IMG/VR virus record: IMGVR_UViG_3300020213_000001
Reading direction: 5' to 3' (one strand)
Source of the DNA: a virus
DNA: 64,000 nt
Below, piece by piece: positions 45,315-55,712 of this stretch. The notes beneath the pieces were generated by a model. It saw only the letters and a list, made by a program, of their open reading frames with translations. It ran no database searches and was not told the DNA's origin. A program made the translations under genes and the position numbers. Each line of letters begins with the position of its first letter. The stretch's first letter is position 1.

Positions 45315-47228
45315 TTATTTAATCGGGCAAACACCAGATGCACACTCGTCTATTCCTGAGACATCTTCTTCTTTAAACGAGACATCTGAAATAGGAGTGA
45401 TAGCCGCCGTTAGAGCATCAAACTGCTCTTTGGTGATCTCCTCTAGGGGAGCCTGTTGAAAACCATGGTCAGAATGAAGCAAAAACGATACTGACTTGAT
45501 GTTTTCGTTGTAATTATCAGAAAGCCACTGCCTTATTTTGCCTAGTTCTTCTTTTTTGTAGTAGACAGTGACCGATACTGCGTTGTCAGACCACTCCGTT
45601 TGAAGGCGCTTGACTACTTCAAGCTGATCAATGGCGGTCATATCCTTTACCAATGTAGTTCCTTCAGGAAAAGAGCACGGGAAGGATACTATTTGTGTGT
45701 TTTTATCGTCAGTTCCGTCAAAATTCCTTTGAAATTCAATAGGATATCCGTTTTTTTTGCAGATTTCAATCAGAGGGCTATTGGAGGCAATACGAATACG
45801 ACGCAAATGGTATTGAGAAAAACCACCATGGGCACCTGGGGTAACTCCAGGAAGCAAACTCATAGAGCCGCTAGGCTTAATAGTTGATAGCTTAATTGAC
45901 TCAGGAAAACCATGGGCTTTGCTGTATTCTTTGTCATACTGCCTGAGGGCCGGGTAAAGCTGTTTAAGCCACAGCTTTTTTTCTTCAGGACATTGTAGAT
46001 AGCCAGTTACACCGATACCCATGCGCATGTTTTTATGAACAATCTCTTCCGTCTCTTTTAGATGGCAGGGAAGACGTAGGGAGTGTTTATTGATGCGATA
46101 CAGAAGTTTTGTTACTTTTTCAAGCTCTTCATAAGATTCTATGTTTGGCAAGAAAATTTCAGCCAAGCAGCAAGTCTCTTTATCGACTAAGCTTTGTTCG
46201 CCACAGGGATTGAAACCGGCTACTTCGTAGTCTGTGTATTGAATTTCATTAACCCTGCCCATACGACGAGCGTTGTTTAGATTGATAAGCCCATAAGGCT
46301 CTCCATTCCCCTGATATCCTTCCCAAAAATAATCTGGAAGCCTTGAAAAGTCGTTGCAAACAACAGAGTTATTAGACATAGCACGCCAAGACGGTATATT
46401 CCCCAAGTCCCATCGTTTAGCGTTTAGAAACTGAAGGTCGTCCATGTCTCCTATGGCTATTTGAGCACTGCGCCTTACGTTTCCGGCCACCACTATAAAG
46501 CCAATGATATTCATAATATCCAGGCAGTCAATTGGACGTAGTTTTTTACCAGCGCGGGTATTCAGAACCTTGCTAATTTCGTTCATTCCCCAACAAAGCT
46601 CTTCAGGACCGGCGGCAGTACCGCCAAACCCCTTAATTGGAGTACCTTTGCCTCTAATACAAATAGTAGAATAGCTAAACCCTTTTCCTGTAACAAAGTG
46701 AGACTCTAAAACCCTTTGTAAGAGATCAACCCATCCTTGGCGACTATCTGGAACGATAAGATCGGCGTCCTTAGTGTCTTGGCGAATTATCTTAGCCTTT
46801 TTAGGCTTGGGGATTTCGTAAACATACTCTTTTTGAATGTTATAGCCCACTCCAGAGCCTAGCATTAGTGCATCCATAGTCCAGGTAAATGGTCGAATAG
46901 GCTCGTTTACAATAACAAAAGCACAGTTTTGTAGGCTTAGAAGACCTAGCTTGTCTACGGTTTTAGTTCCAAGCTGCCACAAAAATCTACCGGCAACGGT
47001 TCCCTTCAGGGTAAGCATAGTGTTTCGTAGATCTTCCTCTTCTTGTTCGGTAAACCCTACCTTAAGTTGTTTGTTGCAGGCTTTAACAACACGATCCACT
47101 GTTTCTGGAAACTCTTCAGTGCGTGAATTAGCGTCAGTTTCACTAATACGACGTGCATAGGTGCGTTTATAGACGATATATCCGACAGTTCCCCATGGAG
47201 TTTTGATGCCAGACTTAGTATTATCCAT
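45315..47228 (-). CDS. nrdJ: Class II (adenosylcobalamin-dependent) ribonucleotide reductase
   Basis: YKRTYAR, GRFLW, NCAF, GNVRRSA, NPCGE, TIKPSG, C-terminal CASGVCPIK. Confidence 0.93.
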   Translation of the reverse strand: MDNTKSGIKTPWGTVGYIVYKRTYARRISETDANSRTEEFPETVDRVVKACNKQLKVGFTEQEEEDLRNTMLTLKGTVAGRFLWQLGTKTVDKLGLLSLQNCAFVIVNEPIRPFTWTMDALMLGSGVGYNIQKEYVYEIPKPKKAKIIRQDTKDADLIVPDSRQGWVDLLQRVLESHFVTGKGFSYSTICIRGKGTPIKGFGGTAAGPEELCWGMNEISKVLNTRAGKKLRPIDCLDIMNIIGFIVVAGNVRRSAQIAIGDMDDLQFLNAKRWDLGNIPSWRAMSNNSVVCNDFSRLPDYFWEGYQGNGEPYGLINLNNARRMGRVNEIQYTDYEVAGFNPCGEQSLVDKETCCLAEIFLPNIESYEELEKVTKLLYRINKHSLRLPCHLKETEEIVHKNMRMGIGVTGYLQCPEEKKLWLKQLYPALRQYDKEYSKAHGFPESIKLSTIKPSGSMSLLPGVTPGAHGGFSQYHLRRIRIASNSPLIEICKKNGYPIEFQRNFDGTDDKNTQIVSFPCSFPEGTTLVKDMTAIDQLEVVKRLQTEWSDNAVSVTVYYKKEELGKIRQWLSDNYNENIKSVSFLLHSDHGFQQAPLEEITKEQFDALTAAITPISDVSFKEEDVSGIDECASGVCPIK

Positions 47229-47932
47229 TATCTTTTACCTTTCTTTAATAGTTTTAATAGTTTTAACGACTTACGTTCTTCTTTAGCTGCTTCTTCAATT
47301 CTTTTCTGTTCTAAATACTTAGTATACTCTTTTTCAAACATTGCATTATGTTTATTAATAAAATCAATATCAGAAGGGTCAACAACGTCGTATTCTGATT
47401 TATCTAATACAAAATCCCAGCACTCTACGTTATTTTTTTCAGCCAATTCCTTCCATTTTGCTCTAATAAACTTTTCTTGATTAGATTTTTTACCGTGGCA
47501 GCTTGCCTTACCCTTCTCTAAAAGCTTCTTAGGAGTTGAACAAAGCACCTGTAGGTTGTTTAACCTGCAGAAAATACGTCTAGCCTTACAGTCTAAAGAC
47601 ATGTCAGAGTCCCTCATCCAGGTCGGACAAACGGGGTTTTTGTGGTCTACCTGTACATTTTTTTGACTAAATAACTCACCGCAGTCTGCGCACTTATATC
47701 TGACCTGGTTTTTCTTACCTGTGGAGCCGTCTTTAAGAGTCTTTGGAGGAAGTTCTACCCTACCATCCTGGATGCATTTTTTAAAATCGGGATGAAGCCT
47801 ATAGCACCTACGCAAAGCACCTGTCCATCGCCCCTTTTCCTCTACCCACCGGCCGTTTTCATCATAAAGCGGTGCTTCCTTCTTCTTACTCTTGCCCATC
47901 TCTATACCCTGGCTCAAATCCTTCTTTTTCAT
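47228..47932 (-). CDS. HNH endonuclease
   Basis: CADC...QVDHKNPV...NNLQVLC...CH. Confidence 0.8.
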   Translation of the reverse strand: MKKKDLSQGIEMGKSKKKEAPLYDENGRWVEEKGRWTGALRRCYRLHPDFKKCIQDGRVELPPKTLKDGSTGKKNQVRYKCADCGELFSQKNVQVDHKNPVCPTWMRDSDMSLDCKARRIFCRLNNLQVLCSTPKKLLEKGKASCHGKKSNQEKFIRAKWKELAEKNNVECWDFVLDKSEYDVVDPSDIDFINKHNAMFEKEYTKYLEQKRIEEAAKEERKSLKLLKLLKKGKR

Positions 47933-48389
47933 TGATTAGGATATTCAAATAGGCAATTTTCAGGTTAAGTACGTTTTTAGCTTCAGTAAAGGGGCCCTTT
48001 AGGAGCTTAACCTCATCAGAGGCGTCTTTTACGGATTGATTGTCACTCATTCTGATTTTTTGATCTTCAGAGGCCAATGTATTAGTTACCATGTGGTTTT
48101 CAAGGTCCTCAGTACAAACACCGTCGTCTACGAATCTTTTAAGCTGTTTAATTTTATCCTTATGCTCTTTAATCTTATCTGTGAAGGGCTTTTTAGCCCC
48201 CTTAAGCCTAATCTCTGCGTCTTCGATTTCCCTACATGTCTTAACACTTGCTAGTGTTTCTTGGAGGTATTTTGAGTACATTAGAACGTTTTTACGTAGA
48301 TCAGCAACACTCAGTCCTTGAACTGAATCGTAAAAAACTGTATGTTTTTCCTGAATAGTATCCTTAATTTTACCTACTTTTTCTGACAT
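47886..48389 (-). CDS. Hypothetical protein with internal duplication
   Basis: Two K.PFT-containing helical repeats. Confidence 0.6.
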   Translation of the reverse strand: MSEKVGKIKDTIQEKHTVFYDSVQGLSVADLRKNVLMYSKYLQETLASVKTCREIEDAEIRLKGAKKPFTDKIKEHKDKIKQLKRFVDDGVCTEDLENHMVTNTLASEDQKIRMSDNQSVKDASDEVKLLKGPFTEAKNVLNLKIAYLNILINEKEGFEPGYRDGQE

Positions 48390-48490
48390 GGCTACTCCCC
48401 TCTATCGTTGTAAAAAATATAGAACTGCTAACAATGCTGTTAAAATAATTAAAATAGTATCAGTAGTAGTGTGATTTAAAAAGTATCCGA

Positions 48491-48838
48491 TCACGAATCT
48501 TCTCGGAAATCAAAACGAGGTAGTTTTTTAAAACACTCTTTATGGTTTAAATGCCTTACGGTTTCTTCAATTACACATAGATTGGCCTGTTCGTTCTGAT
48601 TAACCCTCTTTCTTTTGTCTCCTAAAAACATAGGGAAAGACTTGTTAGAAAAAAGTGTTTTTGCACAATTCACTATAGATTGTAAGTCATACCAATCCAT
48701 CATGTAGTCTGACTGGCTAATATGAGCGTATTTGTCTATAAGGTTTTTAAGAGTTTTTTGCTTATCGTTTGTATTTTGATTCTCAATTTGTTTAAAAAAA
48801 TTGATAATATCGGTGTCAATTTCATCTTTTACGCCCAT
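48491..48838 (-). CDS. Hypothetical protein
   Basis: 115 aa, promoter motif plus GGAGAG SD. Confidence 0.6.
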   Translation of the reverse strand: MGVKDEIDTDIINFFKQIENQNTNDKQKTLKNLIDKYAHISQSDYMMDWYDLQSIVNCAKTLFSNKSFPMFLGDKRKRVNQNEQANLCVIEETVRHLNHKECFKKLPRFDFREDS

Positions 48839-48865
48839 TTTCTCTCCATATAGTATAATACCACG

Positions 48866-50917
48866 CTATAAGACTACAGACTCTTCTCCAGTGCGCCCTA
48901 CGATAATTTTTTCTGTGATCATTTCGTTTATAATAGGATTATGGTCTACTATTATTATTCTCTTGTTAGAATCGATCTGCTTCAAAATCTCAAGACACTG
49001 GGTGATGCAAACCTCTTCAAGTCCATTAAAAGGCTCGTCCATGATGAAGAAGTCAACACCCTTACCAGTCTTGTCTTCAATCATGTCTATAACGGAAAGG
49101 TCTACGGCCATGTCTAGGGCTGTTCTTTCACCGCCTGAAAGTGTCTTGATGTTGATATCAGCGTAACCGTCTAGATTTACTATAGCGTTTACCTCATCTT
49201 TGATGCTTCCGCTTTGATTTTCACGACATCCTTCAAAGAATATTGTAGCGTTATGCATGTTTGGGATAGAGGAAAGCATATCAGTAGCGCGGGAGCCGAT
49301 ATAATCTAGCGTGTCCTGGAAAATCTGAAGGGTGTAGGATTTGATTAGTCTTTTAGATTCTTCAGCAATTGCTTGAGACTTTACACTGTTTTCTAAACTA
49401 GTGTTTAGACTGTCAAGTTCAGACTGTTTGGTGTTGATAAGAGCATTCAGGCTATCAATACGTGTCTTATAAGACTTTAGGCTTAATGCATAGGCGGCCA
49501 TTTGCTGTTTATTTGCCAAAAAATTAGACCTAGTCTCTACAAGACTGACATTTAGGCTGTTTAGTTTATCGGAGTAGGTGCGCTGGATAGAGTTAATACA
49601 CTCATCGTACTGGTTTAATTCTTTAAGATAGTTGTTTTCCAACTCTACCGCCATGTTTCTATACAGGGCGTTTTTTTGAGCTATTTCTTGATTTATCAGT
49701 TCTATCTGTTTATCGAAAACTTCTAGTGACGAATTTTGCTCTATACTTAACAAGGAGGACTTGTGCTCTTCCAGAGATGCTTTTAATAGCTCTTCTCCGT
49801 CTATGATTGCTTTGTTTTCAATAACTTCAGTCTTTAATGATGAAATAGCAGCGTTAATATGCTCTATTTTGGCCTGTCCAGTCACCCAGGACTGGTTACA
49901 GGTGGGGCACAGTCCTGACTCAATCTGAGTCCTTTCTGACATAAGAAGTTTTATTTTACTAACCCGCCCTGTCATTTCTGATCTTGCGTAAGACACCTTC
50001 CCTATGTCTTGTCTTGTCTTGTCTATTTTAGATTGAATTTCTTTTCTTGAAAGATTTAGAGAGGCTATGGCATTGTTTTTACTCTGTTTAATTACCTCAA
50101 GCTTTAAAGAAGACTCCGCATCTTTCTCTTGGGCTTCAACCTTCTGCCTTAGTGGTTTAACAATAGAACCAACCTTGCTGTTTTTTTCAAGATTTACACC
50201 ACGAATATCAGATTCAAGATTAGATATTTGGACTTCCATAGCATCAATATCGGACTGGTTAAAGTCAAATGGAACTTCGAATGAGGGGTCTTGCTCCACA
50301 TTCTTCATTGTTTTAAGGTCTTCCAGGTGTTTAGATGTGGAAACAACAAGCGGGGCTGCTGCGGAAACCCTTGAATTCAAAAGTTTTAAGTTGTCGTCAA
50401 TTTTAGAAACGTCACTGATTAGCGATTCTAGATTGAGAGCTTTCATTAGAAACTCATAGCTTTCTTTAGCCGTCAGGTTTAGGAAAAACCCAGGATCTTT
50501 CTGCTTTTTGTGGATGGTCTTTTTAAATAGTTTGGTGGGAATGCCGATAATCTGCTCTAGCCTTTCTTCAGCTAGTTTAATGTTGCCAGAAATCTCTTCA
50601 TCGCCGTGTTTTAGATAGAAACCGTCTTTTTTAGAGCGTTTTAGCACCAAAACAGTCCCATCTACGTCAAACTCACCTTCAACATATATGCTGTTCTTAG
50701 TAAGTCTTGACTGCAGGGCGGTAGTTGGAGTATCATTAATGCCCAATAGATAATCAATAGCGTTAAAAATAGTTGATTTAGATGCTCCAGAAGAGCCGCC
50801 GGTATTGTTGTTGACGCCTTTTATCTGAATTAGATTTCCAAATCCGGTAAAATCAATAGTTTGTTCGGTAACAAACCTGCCTATATTACAGAACGTAATA
50901 TTTTTAAACCTTAGCAT
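48866..50917 (-). CDS. sbcC: SbcC/Rad50 (gp46-like) ATPase
   Basis: GSSGASKST, CPTC hook, LSGGE, MDEPF, long coiled coils. Confidence 0.9.
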   Translation of the reverse strand: MLRFKNITFCNIGRFVTEQTIDFTGFGNLIQIKGVNNNTGGSSGASKSTIFNAIDYLLGINDTPTTALQSRLTKNSIYVEGEFDVDGTVLVLKRSKKDGFYLKHGDEEISGNIKLAEERLEQIIGIPTKLFKKTIHKKQKDPGFFLNLTAKESYEFLMKALNLESLISDVSKIDDNLKLLNSRVSAAAPLVVSTSKHLEDLKTMKNVEQDPSFEVPFDFNQSDIDAMEVQISNLESDIRGVNLEKNSKVGSIVKPLRQKVEAQEKDAESSLKLEVIKQSKNNAIASLNLSRKEIQSKIDKTRQDIGKVSYARSEMTGRVSKIKLLMSERTQIESGLCPTCNQSWVTGQAKIEHINAAISSLKTEVIENKAIIDGEELLKASLEEHKSSLLSIEQNSSLEVFDKQIELINQEIAQKNALYRNMAVELENNYLKELNQYDECINSIQRTYSDKLNSLNVSLVETRSNFLANKQQMAAYALSLKSYKTRIDSLNALINTKQSELDSLNTSLENSVKSQAIAEESKRLIKSYTLQIFQDTLDYIGSRATDMLSSIPNMHNATIFFEGCRENQSGSIKDEVNAIVNLDGYADINIKTLSGGERTALDMAVDLSVIDMIEDKTGKGVDFFIMDEPFNGLEEVCITQCLEILKQIDSNKRIIIVDHNPIINEMITEKIIVGRTGEESVVL

Positions 50918-51160
50918 TTAGCGATTCCCTTTATTCCGCTCTTTCTCCAGAACGTGGCTTGATATTTCAACTTTCCTAGACATAAGGCCGTTATCTATAA
51001 TCTGAGTAGATTTGGTACTAGGAGCGCCTAGCTGTCGCTCTAGTTTGCCGATTGAGCACTGGCCGCAGTCAATATAAGGAACGATATCCTTAGAGGTTTT
51101 GAAGTATTTTTCTATACAGTTATCACAGTCGCTATTGTTACAAGAGTATTTAATCATCAT
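50918..51160 (-). CDS. FmdB-like zinc-ribbon protein
   Basis: YSCNNSDC...CGQC...LERQLGAP. Confidence 0.55.
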   Translation of the reverse strand: MMIKYSCNNSDCDNCIEKYFKTSKDIVPYIDCGQCSIGKLERQLGAPSTKSTQIIDNGLMSRKVEISSHVLEKERNKGNR

Positions 51161-51193
51161 ATATCACCTCTAGATTATTATACCACAAAAATA

Positions 51194-51222
51194 AAAAGCC
51201 CGACAGAAAGTCGGGCTTAAAA
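51194..51222 (-). terminator. Intrinsic terminator
   Basis: AAGCCCGAC-tttct-GTCGGGCTT followed by TTTATTTTT on minus strand. Confidence 0.8.
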
Positions 51223-51245
51223 AGATAATTCTTTTTATTGATTTA

Positions 51246-52277
51246 TCAGTATGACTTAACAATCCTGTCGGAAATATTTTTACTGCGATCTTCTTTAAGT
51301 TTTTGAGTCTGTTCTTTGATTTTAGAAAGGGTAACCTCTGTATCTAGCATACAGTTTACGCTATTGTCACCCTCAGAAGCATTGATGGGTGATTGATTAC
51401 CACCAGTAGTGCTGGTAGTTTGACCATATCCATAATATGACGAGTCGCCAGTCTTCTCCAAGTGATTATCGTAACACTTTTGTCCGAACTGTCCGCCACT
51501 GGAAAGGAACTTTACCAACGAGACTTCTCCTCTGGTGGTTGATACATTTGCCTGAACACCTAGTACATTTGTATTAGTGGGGCATTTAGAGAGAAGGATA
51601 TCAAAAGACATACCGAAAAACTTAACGGTAATGCCCCTTTTTCCTTGCAAAGTAGCATCACATTTTACGGTTACAACTGCGTCAGCATAACCCTGAGCCA
51701 CAGCCTGTTTGCCCAAAAGCCACATTTCGTTTTCATAATGAGCGCGATATGTTTTAAGTGTCTGTTTACCACCAGTACGTTTAACGGTCTGATCATCCAT
51801 CTCTTTAATAATGGATAGCCACAAAGAGTAACGGGCATCCAACTGACTTTGGCCGTCTGAAAACTCACCAGTAAATCCTCCACGAGCCTTGTGTGACATA
51901 AGTACCCCATTCTCTAGGATATATCGCTCACCTAGCTGTTGTACGGTTTGGAAACCCATACTAGCAGCGAACAATGTAATCGTGTGTACTGGGCGATTAA
52001 GGCCTTTTAGGGCTTCGTAAAGCTCTAGTCCGTCTTGGATACTTCCACCAGGAGTGTATAGGAACAAATATAGAGGCTGTTTGCTCTCTAGTTTAGAGTC
52101 GAGTTGACGAGCACTTTCAATTAGGGCTGAAACACTAGCTCCGTCGAATTCCTGATCCAGAACTAGAGTGTTCTCTTCAGAGAGTACAATCTGACGTGGC
52201 TTGGTTTCTTCCTTAGCACTAACGAGGTTTGCTAGCATCAAAGCAGATAGCAGAGCCAGCAGAATGAACGTTTTCAT
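51246..52277 (-). CDS. ClpP/S14-like protease with signal peptide
   Basis: LYTPGGSI, FAASMG, LMSH, EMWL...AVAQGYAD; MKTFILLALLSALMLANLVSA signal. Confidence 0.8.
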   Translation of the reverse strand: MKTFILLALLSALMLANLVSAKEETKPRQIVLSEENTLVLDQEFDGASVSALIESARQLDSKLESKQPLYLFLYTPGGSIQDGLELYEALKGLNRPVHTITLFAASMGFQTVQQLGERYILENGVLMSHKARGGFTGEFSDGQSQLDARYSLWLSIIKEMDDQTVKRTGGKQTLKTYRAHYENEMWLLGKQAVAQGYADAVVTVKCDATLQGKRGITVKFFGMSFDILLSKCPTNTNVLGVQANVSTTRGEVSLVKFLSSGGQFGQKCYDNHLEKTGDSSYYGYGQTTSTTGGNQSPINASEGDNSVNCMLDTEVTLSKIKEQTQKLKEDRSKNISDRIVKSY

Positions 52278-52316
52278 GAATCTCCCTTATATAGACCCGA
52301 AATAGATCTATTTTAA

Positions 52317-52622
52317 TTATAATACCACGGTATTTTTGCATATCATTGAGTAAATAACCTTATTTCCATCTTTATCTCGAATAATAACGTAATCATCAAC
52401 CAGGTTGAAGTTGTTTAGGTCTTTTATAAAGAAATCATAGTTGAGATTAGAGCTTGCCTTGGAAGAAACTAAATTTTTATAAAAAATGCTGACGTTAAAT
52501 CTTTCGATCTTATCTACATTATATGCACATTTTATGTCTTTCTTAGGCAATACGGCAAATACTTTTTCTGTTAGAATAATCATAAAAAGCAACAAGATAA
52601 TCTTTTTCATTAAAACTCCCAA
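52317..52622 (-). CDS. Exported hypothetical protein
   Basis: MKKIILLLFMIIL...VFA signal-like. Confidence 0.5.
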   Translation of the reverse strand: MGVLMKKIILLLFMIILTEKVFAVLPKKDIKCAYNVDKIERFNVSIFYKNLVSSKASSNLNYDFFIKDLNNFNLVDDYVIIRDKDGNKVIYSMICKNTVVL

Positions 52623-52963
52623 CCGATATTGATGTTTGCAGAACTTTGTCTGTTTTCAAAATTATAGCTGACGTTAGGTTGTATTCTTGCCCCAAGTGAC
52701 TTGAATCTAATTTTAGCAAACTTATTGGAATCAATATTTTTGCTGTAAGCAATGGCGGCAACGGCCCCTACCGCCCCCATAGTTGACTTATCTACATTAA
52801 TGGCTTTTAAGGCTTTCCTTTCTGCCGTTTTCCTGTACTCTTTAACTTCACTATAGCCAAGAATAGCCCTGTAAATGCCCGAAAATGCTTCCCTTTTTTC
52901 GTCAGCGTTACAAGTAGTTGAAAACAGTATAAAGATAATAACCATCATGTAACCATTATACAC
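52610..52963 (-). CDS. Exported hypothetical protein with C-terminal aromatic beta-signal-like end
   Basis: Signal-like N-terminus; ends ANINIGWEF; likely start 52948. Confidence 0.5.
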   Translation of the reverse strand: MYNGYMMVIIFILFSTTCNADEKREAFSGIYRAILGYSEVKEYRKTAERKALKAINVDKSTMGAVGAVAAIAYSKNIDSNKFAKIRFKSLGARIQPNVSYNFENRQSSANINIGWEF

Positions 52964-52978
52964 CAGTATGGTTATTAG

Positions 52979-53644
52979 TCAAGTGTCTACTTTAGCCTTT
53001 ATCTTCTTAATTTTAGACAGTGTGGCTAGAATATCACCTATCTCTGTAGGCTCTACGTTTAATTCTATAGTGTTGCCGTCAACATGCTTCATAGTGCCTG
53101 AATTCATATTGATATTCACCAGTGGTTGGTTTATAGACCCCGGCTTACCTGAAATAGTATCTTGCATTAGTCCGTCTACAATTTCTATAGATTTAAGGTA
53201 TTGTCCAAACATCTTTTGATCAAAGTTCTTGATAATACTAGCGTCTTTAGTTTTGTGGTACCTGTAGCCTTCTTTTTTAAAAAAGTCGTTCATAGCTGAC
53301 AACAGCAACATCATAGTATCTACAGTTTCTAGTTTTGATTTCTGATATTTTTGAAGAGAGTGTGATGCTAACTCGCTGTAATAACTGATGCGTTTTTCAA
53401 ACCAGTTGTGTTTCTCACTTACAAAAAGTACTATTTCTTTCCTTACGCTGACTATTTTTGATATCTCTGAATATGTTTTGCCGGACATATATAGGTCAAA
53501 ACAGGTTAGAAAAATCTCCTCACCCTCTCCCACTATTTTAGCAAGGCCAGGGCACCCCTCCCTTCTGAAATTAGCCAACAAACCCAAATCTTCTTGGCTA
53601 AAGTCTTTCTCAACAACTTGTACTGGTGTTATACCTTTTTCCAC
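52979..53644 (-). CDS. HTH protein, possibly terminase small subunit
   Basis: FDLYMSGKTYSEISKIVSV...HNWFEKR resembles TerS N-termini. Confidence 0.45.
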   Translation of the reverse strand: MEKGITPVQVVEKDFSQEDLGLLANFRREGCPGLAKIVGEGEEIFLTCFDLYMSGKTYSEISKIVSVRKEIVLFVSEKHNWFEKRISYYSELASHSLQKYQKSKLETVDTMMLLLSAMNDFFKKEGYRYHKTKDASIIKNFDQKMFGQYLKSIEIVDGLMQDTISGKPGSINQPLVNINMNSGTMKHVDGNTIELNVEPTEIGDILATLSKIKKIKAKVDT

Positions 53645-53958
53645 TCTTTACCATCTTTGTTTACGAACACTTCTGTTTCTGACCAAAACAGCATCTTAGT
53701 AGAGATTGCCAGTCGGTCTACTCCTAACTGGAATTCTTCCCCTGAAACTTCTTCTTTTAGTTTGATATCAAACGTAACACTTCCTGCAAAGAAATTATGG
53801 CTATTGTCAATAAAATTCCACTCAACCTTAGCCTCATCAACATTGGAGAAGAAGATAAAGGGCCATGTCTTGAGGTTTTCTTTTTGAAAATCAGACAAGT
53901 TCTTAGACAGGGATAGCATATTCCTGTGGTCATCTACGATGCTGTTTTTAGCTTTCAT
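53629..53958 (-). CDS. Hypothetical protein
   Basis: 109 aa coupled ORF. Confidence 0.55.
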   Translation of the reverse strand: MKAKNSIVDDHRNMLSLSKNLSDFQKENLKTWPFIFFSNVDEAKVEWNFIDNSHNFFAGSVTFDIKLKEEVSGEEFQLGVDRLAISTKMLFWSETEVFVNKDGKEWKKV

Positions 53959-54940
53959 TTAGTGTCCTGAGGTATGTTTCTATATCTGCCTTGCTCACGT
54001 TATTGGTGGGATTAAAACAGTTGTTTAGAAAATCGTGAACCGATTGTAAATTGCTCTTATCTGTTTTTGCAGATCTCCTGTCAGTAGGTCTTGCTTTAAT
54101 CTGAGCTAACCCCTTGTATTTCTTTTTTAATTTAGTTATCCAAGCCGCTTGTCCGCACAATTCAAGATAGTTTCTAGCCTCTGGAACTAGGGTGGGCTCT
54201 TCGTCACCCTCATTGACTGTAAATTTATAAATAGGAGATACAATTTCTTTAGTAGAGAAGAATTCTACACTAGAGACGGAGCCGTCTTCATTGTGTTTGA
54301 ATATATGTACCCCTTTCTCTTCATTTGCGTCTGAAATAGTATCCCATTTAGCTGTACCTACATAAAAACACTTACCAACCTGTTGTTTTTTATGAATATG
54401 TCCTGAAATGATAGATTTTTGTGGAATTTTATCTGGATCGATGCCGTATGGATCGTAAAATCCATTTTCATACTGAGCACCTGTGAAAGGCTGATGGGCT
54501 ATGATCAGCTCGGTACAACCACTTTCGTATAGTTTTTTTGCTGAATCTATAAAATCTTCCTCCGTGTGTTTGTAGGAGATATAGCCGATTCCATCTAGTA
54601 TCATGTCTTTATCTGCAACCCAGATACGATTAGTCAAACCTGTCCACTCTGAAAATGGCCCCATTGCATTCATGTTTGATTTTTCTTTTGATCCTTGCAT
54701 GTCGTGATTTCCCAACAAAAACAACACCCTGCAAAGTTCACTGAATTTTTTTATATTTTCAGACCAGAAGTCTTGAACCTCAATGCGAATAACCGCATGA
54801 GTGTCAAATTGATCACCCATGAATTCAATGCGGTCTACTTTGTGTTCCTTAGCTAGAGCATAGACGTAGTCCATCAATTTCTGACTATCTTTCAGGTTAG
54901 AAACTTTAGTATGCGGATCGCCAACTCTAATGATTTTCAC
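53948..54940 (-). CDS. sbcD: SbcD/Mre11 (gp47-like) nuclease
   Basis: GDPH, GDQFD, GNHD, AHQ, SGHIH. Confidence 0.85.
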   Translation of the reverse strand: MKIIRVGDPHTKVSNLKDSQKLMDYVYALAKEHKVDRIEFMGDQFDTHAVIRIEVQDFWSENIKKFSELCRVLFLLGNHDMQGSKEKSNMNAMGPFSEWTGLTNRIWVADKDMILDGIGYISYKHTEEDFIDSAKKLYESGCTELIIAHQPFTGAQYENGFYDPYGIDPDKIPQKSIISGHIHKKQQVGKCFYVGTAKWDTISDANEEKGVHIFKHNEDGSVSSVEFFSTKEIVSPIYKFTVNEGDEEPTLVPEARNYLELCGQAAWITKLKKKYKGLAQIKARPTDRRSAKTDKSNLQSVHDFLNNCFNPTNNVSKADIETYLRTLNES

Positions 54941-54943
54941 TAT

Positions 54944-55411
54944 TTAAACCCCTCTTCCATCTTTGCGGCTCATATCTAATCTAGTATATTCTCCCTCTTT
55001 TGATATTACCACACTTATATCTGGTAATTTTGAATAGAATTCGACACTACCAAATGCGGTATATAGCTTATCAAAATAAATAGTCTTTACCTTTGATCTA
55101 AAACAAGCCCTGAGACACTCTAAACAGGGAGATAGAGTACATATTACGGTAGACCCCTTAGTCCCAATAGACTCTGCGTTACAGTTGTAAAGCATGTTGC
55201 GCTCTGCATGTTGAATCAATTCATACTTTAAAGGCCTGGTACAAGGCAGGTCTTCATCTGGAGCGCCTTGGCAAAAACCATTAAAACTACCTGCTATTAA
55301 ATTGCCGTCTGAACTTAGTAATATTGCTCCCACTTTTGTCTCAGTATCTGGAGACAGTTTTTTAATCACATGGGCAATTTCCATGAAAATATTGAGTTTA
55401 CTTAGCTTCAT
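54944..55411 (-). CDS. dCMP deaminase
   Basis: SPD..TKVGA, FNG, HAERN, PCLEC. Confidence 0.9.
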   Translation of the reverse strand: MKLSKLNIFMEIAHVIKKLSPDTETKVGAILLSSDGNLIAGSFNGFCQGAPDEDLPCTRPLKYELIQHAERNMLYNCNAESIGTKGSTVICTLSPCLECLRACFRSKVKTIYFDKLYTAFGSVEFYSKLPDISVVISKEGEYTRLDMSRKDGRGV

Positions 55412-55712
55412 GTTCTACAAACAAAACGGAATTGTAGTCTACCACTACGTATGACCCTTCAATGTTTTCAGTAGTGAAGGACATGTTTTCGTGATAGGTT
55501 TTATTGGAGTAAACGACATCTTCTTTCAAATAAACGGTATCACCAGCCTTGATTACAACCCCACCATCAATCTTAGCGTCTTTAAGCACCTTAAGTCCCA
55601 CGATTTGTGATTTCTGAGTAATCATAGCAACACCGCCGCGAATTTCTGACTTAAGCTCTTTCTTACCCTGATAGGGCTTACAAATGATGTTTTTCCCGTA
55701 ACTAACGATCAT
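55398..55712 (-). CDS. GroES-like co-chaperonin
   Basis: About 100 aa, IICKP...RGGV mobile loop, IKAGDTVY, YVVVD...VL. Confidence 0.5.
   Translation of the reverse strand: MIVSYGKNIICKPYQGKKELKSEIRGGVAMITQKSQIVGLKVLKDAKIDGGVVIKAGDTVYLKEDVVYSNKTYHENMSFTTENIEGSYVVVDYNSVLFVEHEAK

Noticed and set aside
36512-47228. Inteins or group I introns in dnaE or nrdJ
   Set aside because: Catalytic motifs are contiguous; no C...HN intein ends or LAGLIDADG motifs seen
47228-47932. HNH gene as a mobile intron element in nrdJ
   Set aside because: It is free-standing and translationally coupled upstream of an uninterrupted nrdJ
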